Part shown: one piece after another, positions 16,454 through 24,477 of the stretch
Position numbering within the stretch: the first letter of the stretch is position 1
Layout of the letters: every line of letters starts with the position of its first letter
Virus record (IMG/VR): IMGVR_UViG_3300025732_000016
Strand: one strand, 5' to 3'
Source: a virus
Taxonomy: Duplodnaviria > Caudoviricetes
Length of the DNA: 64,000 bases
Notes under the pieces: model-generated
The model's database searches: none
Told to the model about the DNA's origin: nothing
What the model saw: the letters and a program-made list of their open reading frames with translations, nothing else
Translations under genes and position numbers: made by a program

Positions 16454-17497
16454 TCAACCCTTTATCAGACCAGCGAGCTTCTGCCAACGTTCAAGAATGA
16501 CTTCATCATCTCTCGAGGTTGACTCCTTTTTCGGAGCAAAGGGCTCATTGACATTGAAATCACCGGATTGAAGACCCACGTAAATTTCGCCCTTGACCTT
16601 CTTCTTGTCTCCCATCGACTTGTGATCGAATTGCGGCATGTCTGCTCGAGGAGGTGCATTGGGGTTCTTGGGAAGAGTAGAAAGATTGTCAGCGACCTTG
16701 TCTGCTATGGCGTCCAAGACTTTTTCCCTTTCATCTCCAACCTCAAAACCCGCCCACTTTGCTATCACAGGATCATTTGCTGATGCTGCGAGCATCTCAT
16801 CATTGAGAAGGGGTCCTGGAGCATCAGGGTCAGTTTGCGTTCCCACGTTGTCGAGAATCATCGTCTTAATGGCATCCTTGCCTTTTCCGAGGATGTTGTA
16901 GGGAATCGGGTCTTCGGCAGAGGGTTGCGGAAGAGAGGCAGGCTTGTAGGCAGCAATTGCGAGCTGGGCTGCAGCGAGCTTCTGGTCGGTGTTACCCTTG
17001 AAACCCATGTCCTGCACGCTAATCTTGCCCTTATCACCACCAGAGATGCCCCAAACACCTGACCAGCGGTGATGTCCGTCAAGCACCTCATTGCCAGCGA
17101 CAGAGATCGAACCTGGTGCTCCGCTTGTGTTGGAAGTGACCATCTTCTTGAGATCGTTGAACCCACCCAGAGGGTAAGCGACAGACTTCATGAGGTCAAT
17201 TTCATTCTGTGTGGGTATGAAGTCAGAGACGCTGGCTGTCGTGCCTCCGCCGATGTCGACATTGTCATCGTTCCCAAGTTTATCGTGCGCTCCCTGCAGC
17301 GCTGTCTTGAGCTCTTCCTTGTCAGGATAGGAGTTCGCAAGTTTTCTCACCGCCCCGGGTCCTGAGTCGGCGGCCTTCTTTATTTCGTCTTCGACATCTT
17401 CGAAGAGATAAGAGGAAAGTGACCTTCTTCTGGGCACTCTGCTTTTTGCAATCTCCTCAAGAACGAGCCTGCGGATAGTTGAGTGATCGAGCTTCAT
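16454..17497 (-). CDS. ParB/sulfiredoxin-fold protein, putative internal head protein (347 aa)
   Basis: FIPTQNEI...ISVAGNEVLDGHHRW is the ParB/Srx core. N-term IRRLVLEEI; C-term ILERWQKLAGL. Confidence 0.65.
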   Translation of the reverse strand: MKLDHSTIRRLVLEEIAKSRVPRRRSLSSYLFEDVEDEIKKAADSGPGAVRKLANSYPDKEELKTALQGAHDKLGNDDNVDIGGGTTASVSDFIPTQNEIDLMKSVAYPLGGFNDLKKMVTSNTSGAPGSISVAGNEVLDGHHRWSGVWGISGGDKGKISVQDMGFKGNTDQKLAAAQLAIAAYKPASLPQPSAEDPIPYNILGKGKDAIKTMILDNVGTQTDPDAPGPLLNDEMLAASANDPVIAKWAGFEVGDEREKVLDAIADKVADNLSTLPKNPNAPPRADMPQFDHKSMGDKKKVKGEIYVGLQSGDFNVNEPFAPKKESTSRDDEVILERWQKLAGLIKG

Positions 17498-17519
17498 TTG
17501 CTACAAACTCCTGTGAGTC

Positions 17520-17526
17520 TATGTAT
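17520..17526 (-). promoter_or_regulatory. Putative late promoter motif ATACATA (ParB/Srx gene)
   Basis: 22 nt upstream of the ATG at 17497, immediately after a terminator. Confidence 0.6.
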
Positions 17527-17532
17527 TCACTT

Positions 17533-17566
17533 AAAAACGACAGCGGGAGCGCAAAGGCTCCCGCTG
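17533..17566 (-). terminator. Rho-independent terminator after the decoration-like gene
   Basis: CAGCGGGAGC-CUUUGC-GCUCCCGCUG, a 10-bp stem followed by UCGUUUUU. Confidence 0.8.
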
Positions 17567-17584
17567 AAGCATTGTTTTGAAGAG

Positions 17585-18013
17585 TTACGCGATGGTTACA
17601 GAGCCAGAACCGGGCATCACAATGTAGTTGACACCGTCTGACACGAGAGCAACGGAAGCTCCAGCAACTCCCTGTAGAGTCAGCGAGCCCCCATTCTTGA
17701 CTGAGCCGGCAGCCGTGTTTCCTAGCACGAAGACCTTAGTCCCCGCAGCTTCCCCAGAACCAGTTAGGATGTTGGCATTTGCGTCGCCGTTCCTAAAGAT
17801 GAACATACCGCCTGGATACGTCGACGCGCGCGGCAATTCAACAGTGGCAACAGCTCCCGCAGTCACCACGTAAAGTCCCGGAAGAGAGCCGGTATTGTTT
17901 GCGGCTGACGTGATTGTTGTAGTAGTAGTTGTGTATGGGAAAGTACTGAACTGAACTCCCGAGCCTGCCTCTTGAATAAGGCCTTTTCCTGTCGTGTATG
18001 TTACCTTTGGCAT
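17585..18013 (-). CDS. Putative capsid decoration / head fibre protein (142 aa)
   Basis: Gly/Ala/Thr-rich and beta-rich, with the TVELPRA..G.MFIF...VALVSDG pattern seen in virion fibre modules. It has its own promoter motif and terminator and lies directly after the MCP gene. Confidence 0.5.
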   Translation of the reverse strand: MPKVTYTTGKGLIQEAGSGVQFSTFPYTTTTTTITSAANNTGSLPGLYVVTAGAVATVELPRASTYPGGMFIFRNGDANANILTGSGEAAGTKVFVLGNTAAGSVKNGGSLTLQGVAGASVALVSDGVNYIVMPGSGSVTIA

Positions 18014-18076
18014 GTGATCCTCCTATGCTCCGAAAGCTTCCAGTCATCTGTCGGTGTCAGATGATCACTAGACTGG
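18011..18076 (-). promoter_or_regulatory. Structured 5' leader, candidate translational control element
   Basis: CCAGUC-[UAGUGAUC bulge]-AUCUG-ACACCGA-CAGAU-GACUGG stem, a small GCUU-UCG-GAGC hairpin, then GGAGG-AUCAC-AUG. Confidence 0.45.
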
Positions 18077-18085
18077 GCTTGACTT

Positions 18086-18092
18086 TATGTAT
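18086..18092 (-). promoter_or_regulatory. Putative late promoter motif ATACATA (decoration-like gene)
   Basis: Lies between the MCP terminator and the structured leader, 72 nt before the ATG at 18013. Confidence 0.6.
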
Positions 18093-18109
18093 TCACCTCT
18101 GCAAGATTA

Positions 18110-18139
18110 AACTACAACGGCCACCCCGAAGGGTGGCCG
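18110..18139 (-). terminator. Rho-independent terminator after the major capsid gene
   Basis: CGGCCACCC-UUCG-GGGUGGCCG, a 9-bp stem with a cUUCGg tetraloop, followed by UUGUAGUUU. Confidence 0.8.
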
Positions 18140-18162
18140 CGTAGCGCCTAACGGCTAGAACA

Positions 18163-20076
18163 TCAGATGATGTTCATGTCGAGGCAGGTGACCGTTCCGT
18201 AGAAGTCGGAGCGGACCATCTTCTTGCCGTAGCGGGTCATGACACCCTTACGTGGCGTGAAGTCTTCCGGAGCAAAGATCGTCGGGGTGACGATGAGCGG
18301 GACGTACGGAGCGTAGACGTATCCGGTCTCGAGGTAGCTGCCGCCCTTGAAGCCGACGAGGATCTTGTTCCTGGGGAAGTAAGGATCCTTGTAGACCGTG
18401 AAGCGGTTGCTCAGGGTACCGATCTTCTCTGCACCGATGGTCATCGGGGAGCCGACCTGGCCGCTGCCGTCGATCGAGTAGACCGGCTTGTAGAGCACGG
18501 AGGCCTCGAGGATGGTGGCAACGTCCGGGGAGACCACGATGAAGTTCGCGGAGCCGCGAAGCGTCTTGCGGTGGATCTCATTGGCGACGTCGATGACTGT
18601 CTCGATGAGGGTCTCGTACCACTCACGGACCGTTCCGGTGAAGGCCGGGCCGGGGGTGAGTGAGGTGGCGCGGGAGACCTCAACGCCGTTCTGCTTGTTG
18701 ACGAACTTGCCAGGGGCGCGTGACCAGAAGAAGTTCGCACCAGTTCCAGTCGTGAGGAGGTCGTTCAGGATCTCGCGATCGAGCTCGAGAGCGATCTGCT
18801 CGGAGAGGATCTGGGTGAGCTCGACCTCGGCGTCCAGTGAGTGGTACGCGTTGAGGTCCTGGGCAAGCTCCGGAGACCACCTGGCGCGGAGCTTCCTGGT
18901 TGTCGCCACGACCGAGATGCTCTCAATCTTGATGTCAATCTCAGGAATGACCGGTGAGGGGCTCGATGCGCTGAAGTTCGACTCAAACGTCGGAATGACG
19001 AGGGTCGAACCATCAGCGGCCGTGTTGAGTGTCGAAGCAAGCGGGAAGCTAACGAGGTAGTCGCTGGAGTTGTTGGTGCCGAATGTCGTACCAGAGACGA
19101 TCATGAGCACCGCAGCGTTGGAGTCGTCAGCTGCGACGAAGCCGTTCGCAGTGAAGGTGTTCGTGGTCGAGTCCCAGGTGCCGAGCTGGTTGAGGCGACG
19201 AACGTTGAGGACGCTCGTGCCACCCTGTACCGACTGGGGCAGAGCAGCAACGTCCTTGTCGCCGTTCGCAGAACCAGTGAGGAACAGACCGTACTCCTTC
19301 ACCATCGTCGAATCAGTCTGTGCACTGAAGCCGTTGGTGGTCGCGAACTTGAGGACTGCAGCGAAGAACTTACCCTGGCTGTTATCGATCAGGTTCGAGA
19401 TCTGGGGGTCGAACTGTAGGAGGCGACCATCAGAACCGGAGCTCGAGAGAGTGCCGGCAGTGAGGGTCGTTCCCGCGCCATAAGCGCCCTGGGCGAGGCG
19501 GGCGGAGCCGATAGTGCTGTTGAGGCTCGATCCGCTGTGCACCTTCGAGTAAGCAGCTCCAACGAGGTCGTACTGACCACCGGTGCCGAGAGATCCTGAC
19601 TGGATGCCACGGCCTGCAGGGTTGTTGTAGATCGACTGGCCGACCGAGTAGGTCGAACGGGCTCCAGCAGTGTCGCTGCCATCAACGCCAGTGTTGCCAC
19701 CGCGGTTGGTGCCGTAGGTGTAGTCCAGGTAGAAGAGCAGACCGGAGGGAAGGCTCATCGGCTGGATCGACACGAGGTCGTTGGCCACGAGACCGCCGAA
19801 CACCCTGCGAACGATGGGGAACGCGATGTTGGTGAAGCCGCGGAGGTCGCCAGAGGACGAGGATGAGCCAGCGCCAGCACCGACGGAGTTAGCCTCCTTC
19901 AGGATCTGGGCGGTCTGGTTCTCCAGGAGGCGAGCCATGTTCTCCTTGCGGACCCCATCGAGGCCGCGGAGGAGACCGGTGCGGTTCCACTTCTCGAGGA
20001 GCCTGCGGCCCTCGGTACCGAGATGACGCTCGCGGATTCCCTCGGCGAGCTGGTCAAGTGTAAATGCCTTTGACAT
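18163..20076 (-). CDS. gp23: Major capsid protein (T4 gp23-like, 637 aa)
   Basis: LVSIQPMSLPSGLLF, TRKLRARWSPELAQDL, EIALELDREI-type motif, YAPYVPL, FTPRKGVMTRYG; strongly GC3-biased codons. Confidence 0.95.
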   Translation of the reverse strand: MSKAFTLDQLAEGIRERHLGTEGRRLLEKWNRTGLLRGLDGVRKENMARLLENQTAQILKEANSVGAGAGSSSSSGDLRGFTNIAFPIVRRVFGGLVANDLVSIQPMSLPSGLLFYLDYTYGTNRGGNTGVDGSDTAGARSTYSVGQSIYNNPAGRGIQSGSLGTGGQYDLVGAAYSKVHSGSSLNSTIGSARLAQGAYGAGTTLTAGTLSSSGSDGRLLQFDPQISNLIDNSQGKFFAAVLKFATTNGFSAQTDSTMVKEYGLFLTGSANGDKDVAALPQSVQGGTSVLNVRRLNQLGTWDSTTNTFTANGFVAADDSNAAVLMIVSGTTFGTNNSSDYLVSFPLASTLNTAADGSTLVIPTFESNFSASSPSPVIPEIDIKIESISVVATTRKLRARWSPELAQDLNAYHSLDAEVELTQILSEQIALELDREILNDLLTTGTGANFFWSRAPGKFVNKQNGVEVSRATSLTPGPAFTGTVREWYETLIETVIDVANEIHRKTLRGSANFIVVSPDVATILEASVLYKPVYSIDGSGQVGSPMTIGAEKIGTLSNRFTVYKDPYFPRNKILVGFKGGSYLETGYVYAPYVPLIVTPTIFAPEDFTPRKGVMTRYGKKMVRSDFYGTVTCLDMNII

Positions 20077-20127
20077 TTGAAATTTCTCCTTGAATGGTTG
20101 GATTGACTAACTGAATGTCCCGGCCTA

Positions 20128-21957
20128 TCAGGCCTTGTCCCCGATGCCGGCCAGAACAGCCCAGCGATCAGTCTCACCGACGGATTCATTGATCATGCCA
20201 CCTGGCCTCGTCGATCTTGAAGAGCTGCCCACTGTCCTGTTTGCACCCTCTGACAGAGAAGAAGTCGTCCTTGAGAGGGACTCGTTCAGGCTCTTGTAGA
20301 GGAGGTTCGCCTCTCTGAGTGTCTTAGCAGAGTCGAGAGCTTCCACGACGGCCTTTAGCTTGGTCTGTGGGAGCGCCGTGTTCTGCATAAGCTTGTTGAC
20401 GTACAGAAGCTTGGCGTTGAAGAGCTTCTGTTCGTTGAGCTCGCGGCGTAGCCCATTGATTGCCGCAGCCGCCTCCTTGAGGCGACCCATGAGAGCCCGA
20501 TTCTTGCGGGCCTCCTTTACTGCCTTCTCCTCGGCTCCCGCAGCCCTCTCTTCGGCCTCGTTAGCCTTGCCCTCAGCTTCCTCGGCCTTTGCCTCAGCAG
20601 CTGCAACCTTATCAGCCTCGCGGACCTTCCTCTCGGTCTTGGGCTTCTCAGTCTCAGAAACGTTGGCGTTGAGCTCAACGTCATCGTATGCACCGAACTC
20701 CTCCTCGGGGTCTCCACCGAATGAGCTCGTGGGCTCAACCTCCTCACGGAGGCGACGGAGGCGACGAAGCTCACGGCGAAGCATGGACTCGTCGATGGTG
20801 TAGACAGTGTTACCACGAGCTGCCCTGCGACGACGTGACTCCATCTTCATCTCATTCTGATCGCCCTCGCCATACTCACCCATGTCGTCGGCCTCGCCAT
20901 ACTCGCCCATGTCGCTCTCGTTATCGAGCTCATAGACGCTGCTCTCTTCCATTTCTTCACCACCCTCTTCTGGAGACTTGATCTCCATTCCAACGGCAGA
21001 AGCAAGGGACTCGAGGGCGGACTTCACCGCGTCAACGTCGACGTCTCCACCAGCGGCTTCCTCACCGCCTTCCTCATCACCGCCCATGTCAGCGGCTTCC
21101 TCATCAGCGGCTTCCTCATCACCGCCTTCCTCATCACCGCCCATGTCAGCGGCATCATCATCAGCTTCGTGCAGTCTCGCTCTCCTCTCCTCACGCTCGA
21201 GAAGGGTGCGAAGTAGTGACCTTGTAGACATTTGCTTTATCTCCTTTAGTAGTAAGCTCAATTCTCTCGAAGAGGACTCCCTCAACTTCCCCTTGGGCAG
21301 AGTGTTGATCTCTCCCTGGTAACCAAGTGACTTGCGAAGAATGTTGTTGAAGTTCTCGACGATTCGAAGAGCAGCTGTCCTTCCGGTCCTGCCTTCATTA
21401 AGGGCGCCGAGGGCCCTTCCAAGAAGCTTTAGCTCCATCCTGGCTTCGCGGATGCGATCTGTTAGACCGCCCTTGCCATCGATGATGCCGAGCAAAGTGT
21501 TAATGGATTCGTTGGTGAGCTCGATGCTCTCATTCTGCTTGTCCTTATCTGTAAGGACCTTCTCACCCTCGAACTCAATGTTGATCTTCTTCACACCCTT
21601 CAACGGGAATGAAGCCATGTCGTCAGACGAGGAGAAGGAATCCACGTCGAAGTCATCGTCGTCATCCTCCTCATCGTCATACTCATACTCGCTCTCTTCA
21701 GAGTCGAAGTCTTCAGAGTCATCAGTCCCACCCATCTCACCAGCTTCAGGAACTTCATCGGTTTCCTCACTGTCAAGGCTCGCGACAATGTTATCGATAT
21801 CATCGTCTTCATCGGTGGAAGCCTCAACTAGCCTCTTCTCGACGATCTTCCTGATCCTCGGAGCAACAGCCTCAATGAGCTTATTGGTGGCGTTCTCTTC
21901 CGCCATGCGAACGAGTTCCTTCGCATCTGCAATTGCTTCATCGTATAGTGATGACAT
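20128..21957 (-). CDS. Prohead core scaffold protein (T4 gp22-like, 609 aa)
   Basis: Very acidic coiled-coil protein immediately upstream of MCP, with many (L/I/V)-x-E sites. C-term LFNAKLLY, DSAKTLREANLLY and RWAVLAGI. Confidence 0.75.
   Translation of the reverse strand: MSSLYDEAIADAKELVRMAEENATNKLIEAVAPRIRKIVEKRLVEASTDEDDDIDNIVASLDSEETDEVPEAGEMGGTDDSEDFDSEESEYEYDDEEDDDDDFDVDSFSSSDDMASFPLKGVKKINIEFEGEKVLTDKDKQNESIELTNESINTLLGIIDGKGGLTDRIREARMELKLLGRALGALNEGRTGRTAALRIVENFNNILRKSLGYQGEINTLPKGKLRESSSRELSLLLKEIKQMSTRSLLRTLLEREERRARLHEADDDAADMGGDEEGGDEEAADEEAADMGGDEEGGEEAAGGDVDVDAVKSALESLASAVGMEIKSPEEGGEEMEESSVYELDNESDMGEYGEADDMGEYGEGDQNEMKMESRRRRAARGNTVYTIDESMLRRELRRLRRLREEVEPTSSFGGDPEEEFGAYDDVELNANVSETEKPKTERKVREADKVAAAEAKAEEAEGKANEAEERAAGAEEKAVKEARKNRALMGRLKEAAAAINGLRRELNEQKLFNAKLLYVNKLMQNTALPQTKLKAVVEALDSAKTLREANLLYKSLNESLSRTTSSLSEGANRTVGSSSRSTRPGGMINESVGETDRWAVLAGIGDKA
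20865..20914. repeat. 27-bp-period tandem repeat within the scaffold gene (DMGEYGE x2)
   Basis: cctcgccatactc(a/g)cccatgtcg at 20865 and 20892. Confidence 0.8.
21062..21153. repeat. Perfect 35-bp direct repeat within the scaffold gene (AADMGGDEEGG x2)
   Basis: tcaccgccttcctcatcaccgcccatgtcagcggc at 21062-21096 and 21119-21153. Confidence 0.85.
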
Positions 21958-21974
21958 CAGTTTCTCCGTGTCTC

Positions 21975-21981
21975 TATGTAT
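21975..21981 (-). promoter_or_regulatory. Putative late promoter motif ATACATA (scaffold-MCP operon)
   Basis: 17 nt upstream of the ATG at 21957. Confidence 0.6.
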
Positions 21982-22001
21982 ATTCGCTCATGATGAAAAA
22001 C

Positions 22002-22559
22002 TCATCTTTCTCTCTTGTTCTCATCGGAAATTACTCTGATAAGCTCTCGAACAGCCTGCAGCTCGGGAGCTTCCTCTTGATCTTCGCTGGGTTCGAGAAA
22101 AATGGGGGCAAACTGAGTTCCGTGAGGTGTAGACTTGGTCCTGAGTATGTCTTTCGTGGTCTGCCACTGATTGCTACCAACTAACCCGCTGTCCCTTCCT
22201 TTATAAAGATCGGGCTTCGGAACCATTGAGCCTCTCGTCGTGTTCCTAACTATGGATTCGAACCTCGTCGCAGCTCCAAAGAAGTAGAACGGATCGTTCT
22301 TCTTGGTCGCAAGTCCATCGGACGGCACGTAGGAGGAGAGCTTACGGCTGACTTTGGAGTCGAACTCTTCGTCTCTCTCTTCCTCATCAACCTCAAGCTC
22401 TTCATCGCTCGGCGGCTCTTTATAGGGATAAGATCCCTGATACTGCCTTTGAGCATGAAACCCGGACTGAGTCCCGTATCCGAGACCCGTCCGGGCATCA
22501 TAGTTGGGGAAGTTTGCAGGACCTCCCCCGATAGCTTCCCAGAGACTCTTACGAGGCAT
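22002..22559 (-). CDS. Hypothetical head-cluster protein (putative internal/core protein)
   Basis: Likely start MPRKSLWEAIGGG at 22559, overlapping the upstream stop. Acidic stretch; C-term VRELIRVI. Confidence 0.65.
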   Translation of the reverse strand: MPRKSLWEAIGGGPANFPNYDARTGLGYGTQSGFHAQRQYQGSYPYKEPPSDEELEVDEEERDEEFDSKVSRKLSSYVPSDGLATKKNDPFYFFGAATRFESIVRNTTRGSMVPKPDLYKGRDSGLVGSNQWQTTKDILRTKSTPHGTQFAPIFLEPSEDQEEAPELQAVRELIRVISDENKRER

Positions 22560-23052
22560 TCTGCGTGGCCGGTGACTGGCCAAGCTCTGCTGTCGTAACT
22601 CTCGTTGACATGTTTGCCGACGAGACTGACGGATTTCTTCCTTCTGCTGTGACCGCAGTGGAGTTTCCAGCGTGGGCGCCGTTTGTTGGAGTTGTACCGA
22701 AACCTGACGGTGGTGCGGCCATGTCCGTGGGATTTGTAGATCCCTCTCCGGGGCTCACAGGATTTGGGACATATGCAGAAGCAGGCAGACCACCAGCTCC
22801 AGTTGCCACGTCAGCGTAGTTTGGTGCACCGTTAGAAGAGTAATCCCTGTTGTAATTCCCAATCTGCTGGTTCTCCACAATCTCACCGTCGAGGAGCAGT
22901 GCTAGAGCGGCTTCCTTGTAGTCTGCAGATGCTAGAGAAAGACCCGGTGTCTGCGGAAACATCGCCTGGATGGTCGCAGAGTCAGAGTCTCCCTTACCGC
23001 GCGTTGTAGTTCCCACAGTCACGATTGTGGGGTATGTGTATGTGCGACTCAT
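22549..23052 (-). CDS. Hypothetical head-cluster protein (Pro/Gly/Thr-rich)
   Basis: ATG at 23052 with GGAGG 8 nt upstream. Confidence 0.7.
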   Translation of the reverse strand: MSRTYTYPTIVTVGTTTRGKGDSDSATIQAMFPQTPGLSLASADYKEAALALLLDGEIVENQQIGNYNRDYSSNGAPNYADVATGAGGLPASAYVPNPVSPGEGSTNPTDMAAPPSGFGTTPTNGAHAGNSTAVTAEGRNPSVSSANMSTRVTTAELGQSPATQNAS

Positions 23053-23076
23053 GTTCAAGACCTCCAGTTGGTGAAA

Positions 23077-23376
23077 TTAGCGACGAAGGAGACGGGCGCG
23101 GATGTTGCGCTTGCTCTCACGAATCTGATGGAGCTTGTTGATGAGCTTCCTCTCAGCGATTGTGAGTGCCTGGTAGCGCCTGCGGGCCTCATTCTTCGGG
23201 GTGTGAACCTCAGGTGCCTCAAGCGTGTCAGCGTACTCGTCAGCACCGACTTCCTCTGCAGTAGCGAGAGGCTCATCGGCCTCATGCTTCATCTTCGCTT
23301 CACGAACAAGCTTGCGCTTCTCCTCAAGAACGATCCTGCGAAGGAGAGCGGGAGTGAGTGTCATTGTCTTTGCCAT
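23077..23376 (-). CDS. Hypothetical 99-aa head-cluster protein
   Basis: GGAG SD; N-term LLRRIVLEE helix; acidic middle and basic C-terminus. Confidence 0.75.
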   Translation of the reverse strand: MAKTMTLTPALLRRIVLEEKRKLVREAKMKHEADEPLATAEEVGADEYADTLEAPEVHTPKNEARRRYQALTIAERKLINKLHQIRESKRNIRARLLRR

Positions 23377-23407
23377 TTGTGAACTCCGGAGCTGTTTTGC
23401 TCAGCTG

Positions 23408-23414
23408 TATGTAT
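23408..23414 (-). promoter_or_regulatory. Putative late promoter motif ATACATA (gene at 23376)
   Basis: 31 nt upstream of the ATG at 23376. Confidence 0.55.
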
Positions 23415-23867
23415 TCACCTACGTGAGGTGTTTCTAGATTCTGAGAATGCCATCATTGCCCAGTTCTCAGCCCCCTCGAACAGATTGGGATCGACGCCAG
23501 TGTCCATGAGGGGGTTAGCTTGAGAATTGCTGCCACCGTCGGGGGAGCCGAGCCTTTCAACCAGTCCGCTCGCAGCAGTATCGGCGAAAACTGATGCTAG
23601 CACATCATTTCCGCCAACGAGCTCCTTGTAATTAGCAGCGCTTGGTCGTGGTCGATCCGGTTGTCTTTGTGTTGGGACAGGAGAGCTTGCAGGAGCCCTA
23701 CCCTTCGGGTGGATGAGGTCGAGAGCAGGACGGGTTGCAACAGGCCTCGTCGACTGCTTGGTAGTGTTCCTTTCCCTCACATTCTCGACAACTCTTTTTG
23801 GAGAGCCCTCAACGATAATCTCGAGCAGGCACTCCTTGACGAGCTCTTTCAAATCATCTCTTGTCAT
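23415..23867 (-). CDS. Hypothetical head-cluster protein
   Basis: Likely start MTRDDLKELVKECLLE at 23867 (GGAG SD); C-term NWAMMAF. Confidence 0.7.
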   Translation of the reverse strand: MTRDDLKELVKECLLEIIVEGSPKRVVENVRERNTTKQSTRPVATRPALDLIHPKGRAPASSPVPTQRQPDRPRPSAANYKELVGGNDVLASVFADTAASGLVERLGSPDGGSNSQANPLMDTGVDPNLFEGAENWAMMAFSESRNTSRR

Positions 23868-24477
23868 TCTTTCTCCACGACAGGACTTCGTTGAACACTC
23901 TATCAATTCTGTCGCTTCGAGTGAAGGTCTGCTTTAGATCTCTATCACTTATCTTCTTACCCTCAGCCATCATGAATGCACCTGGAGTCGAGGGCTCTGC
24001 AACGAAATCCCAGCAGATGAGCTGGAAGTCATCTTGGACGACTTGCGTGTCACCGTCTCTCTTTGTTGAACCAACTCCTCTCGAAGAAATCCCAAGAGTG
24101 ATGCCAGACTCCACAAGGCTTTGGAGAATTTTACCGCAGGGTGTGTCGAGGATCTCAACTGTACCGTAGCAGACAGTCCCTTCCATGTAAGCTTCACGGA
24201 CGATGTGGCTCACCTTCTTGAGCTCAACGACGGAAGAGTCTGGGTGATCACACTCACCGAGAGCCCTGTTTTCACGAATGAACTTCTGGTAATTGCGAAC
24301 CTCTCTCTCGAGGATAGAGATTGGATACACTCTTCCGTTCTGGTTGAGAGTTTCTGCCTTCTGGAGGATGCCTCTCATGACAATCTTCCCGCCGTTCTTT
24401 TCGCGACTCTCCTTGATCATTTCCGGAGAGTATGAGAAGGCAGTCCACTCTGTGAGGAGTCTTTTATCACTTGACAT
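23854..24477 (-). CDS. gp21: Prohead protease (T4 gp21-like)
   Basis: NQNGRVYP, ALGECDHP, VSH, ILDTPCGKI, GISSRGVGS, WDFVAEPSTPGA. Confidence 0.92.
   Translation of the reverse strand: MSSDKRLLTEWTAFSYSPEMIKESREKNGGKIVMRGILQKAETLNQNGRVYPISILEREVRNYQKFIRENRALGECDHPDSSVVELKKVSHIVREAYMEGTVCYGTVEILDTPCGKILQSLVESGITLGISSRGVGSTKRDGDTQVVQDDFQLICWDFVAEPSTPGAFMMAEGKKISDRDLKQTFTRSDRIDRVFNEVLSWRKNDKR

Noticed and set aside
18040-18076. Kink-turn or box C/D element in the leader (GUGAUC...UGA)
   Set aside because: The bulge would be 6 nt rather than 3 and the pairs after the tandem GA do not fit, so it is reported only as a bulged stem.
21062-21153. 35-bp repeats separated by 22 bp, superficially like a minimal CRISPR array
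   Set aside because: Only two copies, in frame within a low-complexity coding region, the spacer is built from the same sub-repeats, and there are no cas genes.
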